Both the position numbers and the translations under genes were made by a program. Below, piece after piece: positions 52,301-64,000 of a DNA stretch of 64,000 nucleotides. The stretch comes from the human T2T-CHM13v2.0 reference genome, Homo sapiens: the NCBI RefSeq assembly GCF_009914755.1, contig NC_060948.1. One strand, 5' to 3'. The notes beneath the pieces are model-generated. The model ran no database searches. It worked only from the letters and a program-made list of their open reading frames with translations, and had not been told where the DNA came from. Every line of letters begins with the position of its first letter. Positions within the stretch are counted from its first letter, which is position 1.

Positions 52301-55300
52301 GGAATGGAATGCCCTTGTATTAAATGGACTGGAATGGAATGGACTCGAACAGAGTGGAATGGAAAGTGTTGAAATAGAATGGAATGGACTCGTTTGGAAT
52401 GGTCTAGTATGCAATGCAATCGACTGGCAGGGAATCAAAAGGAATGTAATCGAATGGATTGGACTGGAATGCAATGGACTCGAATAGATTGGAAACGGAA
52501 AGCAAAGGAATGGAATGGAATAGTATGGAATGGAATGGAAAGGAATGGAGAGGAATAGACTAGAGTGGAATGGAATGGACTCGAAAGCAATGGACTGGAA
52601 TGGAACTTTCTTGAATGGACTGGAATCAAACGGAATGGAATGCAATGCAATCAAATGGCATGGAATAAAATAGAATGAAAGAGAATCAAATGGAATTGAA
52701 TCGAATGGAATCGAATGGATTGGAAAGGAATAGAATGGAATGGAATGGAATTGACTCAAATGGAATGGACTAGAATGGAATGGATTCGAATGGAAGGCAA
52801 AGGAATGGAATCTATTGGAATGGACTGTAATGGAATGGAATGGAAAGGATTTGAATGGACTGCAATAGAAAGGATTCGAATGGAATGAAAAAGAATTGAA
52901 TGGAATAGAACAGAATGGAATCAAATCGAATGAAATGGAATGGAATAGAAAGGAATGGAATGAAATGGAATGGAAAGGATTCGAATGGAATGCAATCGAA
53001 TGGAATGCAATCGAATGGAATGGAATCGAACGGAATGGAATAAAATGGAAGAAAACTGGCAAGAAATGGAGTCGAAATGAATGGAGTGTTATGGAACCGA
53101 CTCAAAAGGAATTGAATGTAATAGAATGGAGTGGAGTGGACTCGAATATAATGGACTGGAATGGAATGAAATCACATGGAATGGGAACGAATGGAATGGA
53201 ATGGAAAGGAATGGAATCGAATGGAAAGGAATCGAATGGAAGGGAATGAAATTGAATCAACAGGAATGGAAGGGAGTAGAATAGACGGTAATGGAATGGA
53301 CTCGAATAGAATGGACACGAATGCTCAAATTGAATGGACTCGAATGGAATGGAAACGAAAGGAATGTCATCGAATGGAATTGAATCGATTGGAATGAAAT
53401 CACATAGAATGGAGTGGAATCAAATGGAATTGAATCGAAAGGAAAGGAAGCGAATGGACTGAAATGAAATGGAATGGAATTGAATGGAAATTAATGCAAT
53501 GGAATAGAATGGAACGAAATTTCACGGAATGGAATCAAACTGAATGGAATCAAATCAATGGAATATAATCAAATGGAATGGAAAGGAATTGAATGGAGTA
53601 GATTGGATTGGATGGGATTGGAATGAAATGTACTGGAAAGGACTCGAATTTCATGAAACGGAATGGAATGAATTAGAACGGAATGGACTCGAATGGAATG
53701 GAATGTCATGGAATGGCATCAAATGGAATGGAATCGAATGCGATGGAATGCTATGGAATGGAATGGAATGCATTGGAATGGAATGTCCTCTAATGGAATG
53801 TATTCGAGTGGAATGGAATCGAATATAATGGAGTCTAATGAAATGGAATTGAAAGGAATGGGACCGAATACAATGGAATATACTGGAATGTAATGTAATG
53901 AACTCGAATGTAATTGACTGGAATGGAATGTACATGAATGGAATGTAATCGAATGGAAAGCAATCCAATGGAATAGAATCTAATGCAATAAAATCGACTC
54001 AAATAGAGTAGAATGTAATGGAATGGAGTGCAGTGCAATGGAATGGAATGGAATGGAATGCAATGGAATGGAATGGAATGGAATGGAATGGGATGGAATG
54101 GTATGGAATGGATAGTAATGGACTGGAGTGAAATGGACTGGAAAAGAATGGACTCAAATTGAAAGGGCTCGAAAGGAATGGAGTCAAATGGAATGGACTG
54201 GAATGGAATGAACACGAATGTAATGCAATCCAATAGAATGGAATCGAATGGCATGGAATATAAAGAAATGGAATCGAAGAGAATGGAAACAAATGGAATG
54301 GAATTGAATGGAATGGAATTGAATGGAATGGGAACGAATGGAGTGAAATTTTATGCAGTAGAAGAGAATAGAATGGAATGCAAACGAAAGGAAAGGAATG
54401 GATTGGAATGGAAAGGAATTCATTGGAATGGAAGGGAATGTAGTGTAATGGACAGGCCTGGAATAAAGTGGAATGCTACGGTCTCGAATGGAATAAAAAT
54501 GTATGGAATGGAATGCAATGAAACGGAATCGAATGTCATAGAATGTAATGGAATGCAAAAAAATGGACTCCAAAATCATTGACTGGAAAGGCTGGGTGTC
54601 GAAAGGAATTGACTCCAATGGAATGGAATCGAATGGAATGGAAGTGAATAGAATCGAACTAAATCGAATGGAATGGAATTGATAGGAACGGAATGGAAAG
54701 GAATGCAATGATTTGGCATGGAATGGAATCGAATGGCATCGAATGGAATGCAATGGAATGCAATGGAATGGAATGTATTAGAATGTAATGAACTTTAATG
54801 GAATGTACTCGAATGGATTCGACTGGAATGGAATGTTCTCGAAGTGAATGGACTCCAATGGAATGGATTCGAAAGGAATGGAATCTAATGGAATGGAATT
54901 AAATGGAAATGAATCAAATTGAATAGAACGGAATTGAATTGAATGGAATCGAATGCAATGGAATCTAATGAAACGGAAAGGAAAGGAATGGAATGGATTG
55001 GAATGGAATGGGCTGGAATGGAATGGAATCGAAACGAATGGAATGGAATCGAACTGAAGAGACTGGAATGGAATGCACTGGAATGGAAGGGAATGTAATG
55101 GAAGGTTCTCGAAAAAAATGGAATCGAAAGGAATGGAATTGAATGGAACGGAATAGAGTCGAATGGAATTCAATGGAATGGAATGGACTAGAGTGAAATG
55201 GAATCGAACCACAAGGAATGGACAGGAATAGAATGGTCTCGAATTGAATGGAATCGTATGGAATGGCATCAAACGGAATGGAATGGACAGCCACGGAATG

Positions 55301-58300
55301 GAATGGACACCCACGGAATGGAATGCACTCGAATGCAATGGAGTCGACACTAATGGACTGGAATAGAATGGACTCGACTGGTACGGACTCCAATGGAATG
55401 GAATCGAATGGAAGGGAATCGAACGGAATGGACTCGAAGGGAAAAGACTGCAATGGAAAGGTCTCGAATGGAATGGAAATTAATGGAATGGAATGGAATC
55501 GAATGAAATGGAGTCAAAAGGAATGGAATCGAATGGCAAGAAATCGAATGTAATGGAATCGCAAGGAATTGATGTGAACGGAACGGAATGGAATGGAATC
55601 CAAAGGAATGGAATAGAATGGAATGGAATCGAATGGAAAGGACTCGAATGGAAATCACTCGAATAGAATGCAATTTAATAAAATAGGATCAAATGTAATG
55701 GAATGGAATGGAAAGGAATCGAAACGAAAGGAATGGAGACAGATGGAATGGAATGGAACAGAGAGCAATGGTATAGAATGGAATGGAATCATCTGGAATG
55801 GAATTGAATGGAATGGAATAATATGAAATGGAATGGAATGGAATGGAATGCCCTTGAATTAAATGGACTGGAATGGAATGGACTCGAACAGAGTGGAATG
55901 GAAAGTGTTGAAATAGAATGGAATGGACTCGTTTGGAATGGTCTAGTATACAATGCAATCGACTGGCAGGGAATCAAAAGGAATGTAATCGAATGGATTG
56001 GACTGGAATGCAATGGACTCGAATAGATTGGAAACGGAAAGCAAAGGAATGGAATGGAATAGTATGGAATGGAATGGAAAGGAATGGAGTGGAATAGACT
56101 AGAGTGGAATGGAATGGACTCGAAAGCAATGGACTGGAATGGAACTTTCTTGAATGGACTGGAATCAAACGGAATGGAATGCAATGCAATCAAATGGCAT
56201 GGAATAAAATAGAATGAAAGAGAATCAAATGGAATTGAATCGAATGGAATCGAATGGATTGGAAAGGAATAGAGTGGAATGGAATGGAATTGACTCAAAT
56301 GGAATGGACTAGATTGGAATGGATTCGAATGGAAGGCAAAGGAATGGAATCTATTGGAATGGACTGTAATGGAATGGAATGGAAGGGATTGGAATGGACT
56401 CGAATGGAATGGACTGCAATAGAAAGGATTCGAATGGAATGAAAAAGAATTGAATGGAATAGAACAGAATGGAATCAAATCGAATGAAATGGAATGGAAT
56501 AGAAAGGAATGGAATGAAATGGAATGGAAAGGATTCGAATGGAATGCAATCGAATGGAATGCAATCGAATGGAATGGAATCGAACGGAATGGAATAAAAT
56601 GGAAGAAAACTGGCAAGAAATGGAATCGAAATGAACGGAGTGTTATGGAACGGACTCAAAAGGAATTGAATGTAATAGAATGGAGTGGAGTGGACTCGAA
56701 TATAATGGACTGGAATGGAATGAAATCACATGGAATGGGAACGAATGGAATGGAATGGAAAGGAATGGAATCGAATGGAAAGGAATCGAATGGAAGGGAA
56801 TGAAATTGAATCAACAGGAATGGAAGGGAGTAGAATAGACGGTAATGGAATGGACTCGAATAGAATGGACACGAATGCTCAAATTGAATGGACTCGAATG
56901 GAATGGCAACGAAAGGAATGTCATCGAATGGAATTGAATCGATTGCAATGAAATCACATAGAATGGAGTGGAATCAAATGGAATTGAATCGAAAGGAAAG
57001 GAAGCGAATGGACTGAAATGAAATGGAATGGAATTGAATGGAAATTAATGCAATGGAATAGAATGGAACGAAATTTCACGGAATGGAATCAAACTGAATG
57101 GAATCAAATCAATGGAATATAATCAAATGGAATGGAAAGGAATTGAATGGAGTAGATTGGATTGGATGGGATTGGAATGAAATGTACTGGAAAGGACTCG
57201 AATTTCATGAAACGGAATGGAATGAATTAGAACGGAATGGACTCGAATGGAATGGAATGTCATGGAATGGCATCAAATGGAATGGAATCGAATGCCATGG
57301 AATGCTATGGAATGGAATGGAATGCATTGGAATGGAATGTCCTCTAATGGAATGTATTCGAGTGGAATGGAATCGAATATAATGGAGTCTAATGAAAGGG
57401 AATTGAAAGGAATGGGACCGAATACAATGGAATATACTGGAATGTAATGTAATGAACTCGAATGTAATTGACTGGAATGGAATGTACATGAATGGAATGT
57501 AATCGAATGGAAAGCAATCCAATGGAATAGAATCTAATGCAATAAAATCGACTCAAATAGAGTAGAATGTAATGGAATGGAGTGCAGTGCAATGGAATGG
57601 AATGGAATGGAATGCAATGGAATGGAAAGGAATGGAATGGAATGGGATGAAATGGTATGGAATGGATAGTAATGGACTGGAGTGAAATGGACTGGAAAAG
57701 AATGGACTCAAATTGAAAGGGCTCGAAAGGAATGGAGTCAAATGGAATGGTCTGGAATGGAATGAACACGAATGTAATGCAATCCAATAGAATGGAATCG
57801 AATGGCATGGAATATAAAGAAATGGAATCGAAGAGAATGGAAACAAATGGAATGGAATTGAATGGAATGGAATTGAATGGAATGGGAACGAATGGAGTGA
57901 AATTGTATGCAGTAGAAGAGAATAGAATGGAATGCAAGCGAAAGGAAAGGAATGGATTGGAATGGAATGGAATTCATTGGAATGGAAGGGAATGTAGTGT
58001 AATGGACAGGCCTGGAATAAAGTGGAATGCTACGGTCTCGAATGGAATAAAAATGTATGGAATGGAATGCAATGAAACGGAATCGAATGTCATAGAAGTA
58101 ATGGAATGCAAAAAAATGGACTCCAAAATCATTGACTGGAAAGGCTGGGTGTCGAAAGGAATTGACTCCAATGGAATGGAATCGAATGGAATGGAAGTGA
58201 ATAGAATGGAACTAAATCGAATGGAATGGAATTGATAGGAACGGAATGGAAAGGAATGCAATGATTTGGCATGGAATGGAATCGAATGGCATCGAATGGA

Positions 58301-61300
58301 ATGGAATGGAATGCAATGGAATGGAATGTATTAGAATGTAATGAACTTTAATGGAATGTACTCGAATGGATTCGACTGGAATGGAATGTTCTCGAAGTGA
58401 ATGGACTCCAATGGAATGGATTCGAAAGGAATGGAATCTAATGGAATGGAATTAAATGGAAATGAATCAAATTGAATAGAACGGAATTGAATTGAATGGA
58501 ATCGAATGCAATGGAATTTAATGAAACGGAAAGGAAAGGAATGGAATGGATTGGAATGGAATGGGCTGGAATGGAATGGAATCGAAACGAATGGAATGGA
58601 ATCGAACTGAAGAGACTGGAATGGAATGCACTGGAATGGAAGGGAATGTAATGGAAGGTTCTCGAAAAAAATGGAATCGAAAGGAATGGAATTGAATGGA
58701 ACGGAATAGAGTCGAATGGAATTCAATGGAATGGAATGGACTAGAGTGAAATGGAATCGAACCACAAGGAATGGACAGGAATAGAATGGTCTCGAATTGA
58801 ATGGAATCGTATGGAATGGCATCAATCGGAATGGAATGGACAGCCACGGAATGGAATGGACAGCCACGGAATGGAATGCACTCGAATGCAATGGAGTCGA
58901 CACTAGTGGACTGGAATAGAATGGACTCGAATGATACGGACTCCAATGGAATGGAATCGAATGGAAAGGAATCGAACGGAATGGACTCGAAGGGAAAAGA
59001 CTGAAATGGAAAGGTCTCCAATGGAATGGAAATTAATGGAATGGAATGGAATCGAATGAAATGGAGTCAAAAGGAATGGAATCGAATGGCAAGAAATCGA
59101 ATGTAATGGAATCGCAAGGAATTGATGTGAACGGAACGGAATGGAATGGAATCCAAAGGAATGGAATAGAATGGAATGGAATCGAATGGAAAGGACTCGA
59201 ATGGAAATCACTCGAATAGAATGCAATTTAATAAAATAGGATCAAATGTAATGGAATGGAATGGAAAGGAATCGAAACGAAAGGAATGGAGACAGATGGA
59301 ATGGAATGGAACAGAGAGCAATGGTATAGAATGGAATGGAATCATCTGGAATGGAATTGAATGGAATGGAATAATATGAAATGGTAAGGAATGGAATGGA
59401 ATGCCCTTGAATTAAATGGACTGGAATGGAATGGACTCGAACAGAGTGGAATGGAAAGTGTTGAAATAGAATGGAATGGACTCGTTTGGAATGGTCTAGT
59501 ATGCAATGCAATCGACTGGCAGGGAATCAAAAGGAATGTAATCGAATGGATTGGACTGGAATGCAATGGACTCGAATAGATTGCAAACGGAAAGCAAAGG
59601 ATTGGAATGGAATAGTATGGAATGGAATGGAAAGGAATGGAGTGGAATAGACTAGAGTGGAATGGAATGGACTCGAAAGCAATGGACTGGAATGGAACTT
59701 TATTGAATGGACTGGAATCAAACGGAATGGAATGCAATGCAATCAAATGGCATGGAATAAAATAGAATGAAAGAGAATCAAACGGAATTGAATCGAATGG
59801 AATCGAATGGATTGGAAAGGAATAGAATGGAATGGAATGGAATTGACTCAAATGGAATGGACTAGAATGGAATGGATTCGAATGGAAGGCAAAGGAATGG
59901 AATCTATTGGAATGGACTGTAATGGAATGGAATGGAAGGGATTGGAATGGACTCGAATGGAATGGACTGCAATAGAAAGGATTCGAATGGAATGAAAAAG
60001 AATTGAATGGAATAGAACAGAATGGAATCAAATCGAATGAAATGGAATGGAATAGAAAGGAATGGAATGAAATGGAATGGAAAGGATTCGAATGGAATGC
60101 AATCGAATGGAATGCAATCGAATGGAATGGAATCGAACGGAATGGAATAAAATGGAAGAAAACTGGCAAGAAATGGAGTCGAAATGAATGGAGTGTTATG
60201 GAACCGACTCAAAAGGAATTGAATGTAATAGAATGGAGTGGAGTGGACTCGAATATAATGGACTGGAATGGAATGAAATCACATGGAATGGGAACGAATG
60301 GAATGGAATGGAAAGGAATGGAATCGAATGGAAAGGAATCGAATGGAAGGGAATGAAATTGAATCAACAGGAATGGAAGGGAGTAGAATAGACGGTAATG
60401 GAATGGATTCGGATAGAATGGACACGAATGCTCAAATTGAATGGACTCGAATGGAATGGAAACGAAAGGAATGTCATCGAATGGAATTGAATCGATTGGA
60501 ATGAAATCACATAGAATGGAGTGGAATCAAATGGAATTGAATCGAAAGGAAAGGAAGCGAATGGACTGAAATGAAATGGAATGGAATTGAATGGAAATTA
60601 ATGCAATGGAATAGAATGGAACGAAATTTCACGGAATGGAATCAAACTGAATGGAATCAAATCAATGGAATATAATCAAATGGAATGGAAAGGAATTGAA
60701 TGGAGTAGATTGGATTGGATGGGATTGGAATGAAATGTACTGGAAAGGACTCGAATTTCATGAAACGGAATGGAATGAATTAGAACGGAATGGACTCGAA
60801 TGGAATGGAATGTCATGGAATGGCATCAAATGGAATGGAATCGAATGCGATGGAATGCTATGGAATGGAATGGAATGCATTGGAATGGAATGTCCTCTAA
60901 TGGAATGTATTCGAGTGGAATGGAATCGAATATAATGGAGTCGAATGAAATGGAATTGAAAGGAATGGGACCGAATACAATGGAATATACTGGAATGTAA
61001 TGTAATGAACTCGAATGTAATTGACTGGAATGGAATGTACATGAATGGAATGTAATCAAATGGAAAGCAATCCAATGGAATAGAATCTAATGCAATAAAA
61101 TCGACTCAAATAGAGTAGAATGTAATGGAATGGAGTGCAGTGCAATGGAATGGAATGGAATGGAATGCAATGGAATGGAATGGAATGGAATGGAATGGGA
61201 TGGAATGGTATGGAATGGATAGTAATGGACTGGAGTGAAATGGACTGGAAAAGAATGGACTCAAATTGAAAGGGCTCGAAAGGAATGGAGTCAAATGGAA

Positions 61301-64000
61301 TGGTCTGGAATGGAATGAACACGAATGTAATGCAATCCAATAGAATGGAATCGAATGGCATGGAATATAAAGAAATGGAATCGAAGAGAATGGAAACAAA
61401 TGGAATGGAATTGAATGGAATGGAATTGAATGGAATGGGAACGAATGGAGTGAAATTGTATGCAGTAGAAGAGAATAGAATGGAATGCAAGCGAAATTAA
61501 AGGAATGGATTGGAATGGAATGGAATTCATTGGAATGGAAGGGAATGTAGTGTAATGGACAGGCCTGGAATAAAGTGGAATGCTACGGTCTCGAATGGAA
61601 TAAAAATGTATGGAATGGAATGCAATGAAACGGAATCGAATGTCATAGAATGTAATGGAATGCAAAAAAATGGACTCCAAAATCATTGACTGGAAAGGCT
61701 GGGTGTCGAAAGGAATTGACTCCAATGGAATGGAATCGAATGGAATGGAAGTGAATAGAATCGAACTAAATCGAATGGAATGGAATTGATAGGAACGGAA
61801 TGGAAAGGAATGCAATGATTTGGCATGGAATGGAATCGAATGGCATCGAATGGAATGGAATGGAATGCAATGGAATGGAATGTATTAGAATGTAATGAAC
61901 TTTAATGGAATGTACTCGAATGGATTCGACTGGAATGGAATGTTCTGGAAGTGAATGGACTCCAATGGAATGGATTCGAAAGGAATGGAATCTAATGGAA
62001 TGGAATTAAATGGAAATGAATCAAATTGAATAGAACGGAATTGAATTGAATGGAATCGAATGCAATGGAATCTAATGAAACGGAAAGGAAAGGAATGGAA
62101 TGGATTGGAATGGAATGGGCTGGAATGGAATGGAATCGAAACGAATGGAATGGAATCGAACTGAAGATACTGGAATGGAATGCACTGGAATGGAAGGGAA
62201 TGTAATGGAAGGTTCTCGAAAAAAATGGAATCGAAAGGAATGGAATTGAATGGAACGGAATAGAGTCGAATGGAATTGAATGGAATGGAATGGACTAGAG
62301 TGAAATGGAATCGAACCACAAGGAATGGACAGGAATAGAATGGTCTCGAATTGAATGGAATCGTATGGAATGGCATCAAACGGAATGGAATGGACAGCCA
62401 CGGAATGGAATGGACACCCACGGAATGGAATGCACTCGAATGCAATGGAGTCGACACTAATGGACTGGAATAGAATGGACTCGACTGGTACGGACTCCAA
62501 TGGAATGGAATCGAATGGAAGGGAATCGAACGGAATGGACTCGAAGGGAAAAGACTGCAATGGAAAGGTCTCGAATGGAATGGAAATTAATGGAATGGAA
62601 TGGAATCGAATGAAATGGAGTCAAAAGGAATGGAATCGAATGGCAAGAAATCGAATGTAATGGAATCGCAAGGAATTGATGTGAACGGAACGGAATGGAA
62701 TGGAATCCAAAGGAATGGAATAGAATGGAATGGAATCGAATGGAAAGGACTCGAATGGAAATCACTCGAATAGAATGCAATTTAATAAAATAGGATCAAA
62801 TGTAATGGAATGGAATGGAAAGGAATCGAAACGAAAGGAATGGAGACAGATGGAATGGAATGGAACAGAGAGCAATGGTATAGAATGGAATGGAATCATC
62901 TGGAATGGAATTGAATGGAATGGAATAATATGAAATGGAATGGAATGGAATGGAATGCCCTTGAATTAAATGGAGTGGAATGGAATGGACTCGAACAGAG
63001 TGGAATGGAAAGTGTTGAAATAGAATGGAATGGACTCGTTTGGAATGGTCTAGTATACAATGCAATCGATCGGCAGGGAATCAAAAGGAATGTAATCGAA
63101 TGGATTGGACTGGAATGCAATGGACTCGAATAGATTGGAAACGGAAAGCAAAGGAATGGAATGGAATAGTATGGAATGGAATGGAAAGGAATGGAGTGGA
63201 ATAGACTAGAGTGGAATGGAATGGACTCGAAAGCAATGGACTGGAATGGAACTTTCTTGAATGGACTGGAATCAAACGGAATGGAATGCAATGCAATCAA
63301 ATGGCATGGAATAAAATAGAATGAAAGAGAATCAAATGGAATTGAATCGAATGGAATCGAATGGATTGGAAAGGAATAGAATGGAATGGAATGGAATTGA
63401 CTCAAATGGAATGGACTAGAATGGAATGGATTCGAATGGAAGGCAAAGGAATGGAATCTATTGGAATGGACTGTAATGGAATGGAATGGAAAGGATTGGA
63501 ATGGACTCGAATGGAATGGACTGCAATAGAAAGGATTCGAATGGAATGAAAAAGAATTGAATGGAATAGAACAGAATGGAATCAAATCGAATGAAATGGA
63601 ATGGAATAGAAAGGAATGGAATGAAATGGAATGGAAAGGATTCGAATGGAATGCAATCGAATGGAATGCAATCGAATGGAATGGAATCGAACGGAATGGA
63701 ATAAAATGGAAGAAAACTGGCAAGAAATGGAATCGAAATGAATGGAGTGTTATGGAACGGACTCAAAAGGAATTGAATGTAATAGAATGGAGTGGAGTGG
63801 ACTCGAATATAATGGACTGGAATGGAATGAAATCACATGGAATGGGAACGAATGGAATGGAATGGAAAGGAATGGAATCGAATGGAAAGGAATCGAATGG
63901 AAGGGAATGAAATTGAATCAACAGGAATGGAAGGGAGTAGAATAGACGGTAATGGAATGGACTCGAATAGAATGGACACGAAGGCTCAAATTGAATGGAC
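28326..64000 (+). repeat. DYZ1: DYZ1 / HSat3 (GGAAT)n satellite array with ~3.55 kb unit
   Basis: Degenerate GGAAT pentamers on the + strand throughout. The landmark ACAGGCCTGG (HaeIII GGCC) lies at 33191, 36745, 40274, 43838, 47382, 50911, 54455, 58009 and 61562, giving spacings of 3554, 3529, 3564, 3544, 3529, 3544, 3554 and 3553. This matches the classical Y-specific ~3.5 kb HaeIII DYZ1 repeat. Confidence 0.96.
40274..43837 (+). repeat. DYZ1: One DYZ1 unit of 3564 bp (HaeIII to HaeIII)
   Basis: GGCC at 40274 and 43838. The 3564 bp spacing equals the classically described DYZ1 unit length. Confidence 0.88.

Noticed and set aside
28377-63945. Numerous MEWNG-/FHSIP-rich ORFs up to 310 aa
   Set aside because: These are the expected translation of (GGAAT)n/(ATTCC)n, whose pure form has no stop codons. 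They are open in several frames on both strands at once.

Overview
This window is human satellite heterochromatin and contains no credible genes. It matches the Yq12 DYZ2/DYZ1 organisation. Bases 1-~28326 are a tandem array of ~2.42 kb DYZ2 (HSat1B) units. Each unit is a minus-strand decayed Alu, a ~570 bp HSATI-type segment and ~1.55 kb of very AT-rich low-complexity DNA. There are 11 units plus a diverged, truncated terminal one. Bases ~28326-64000 are a DYZ1 (HSat3, GGAAT-based) array with ~3.52-3.57 kb units. All listed ORFs are translation artefacts of these repeats. The notable signals are structural: a 6-unit (14,509 bp) super-period in DYZ2 whose second copy ends in a chimeric unit, divergence rising toward a near-blunt DYZ2/DYZ1 junction, ancestral Alu bases kept in the edge unit, a ~680 bp deletion in the first DYZ1 unit, pentamer-quantised DYZ1 unit lengths, and a 2-unit/3-unit patchwork of shared DYZ1 variants. 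I found no evidence of a new protein-coding or RNA system. All comparisons were made by eye and no database search was run.
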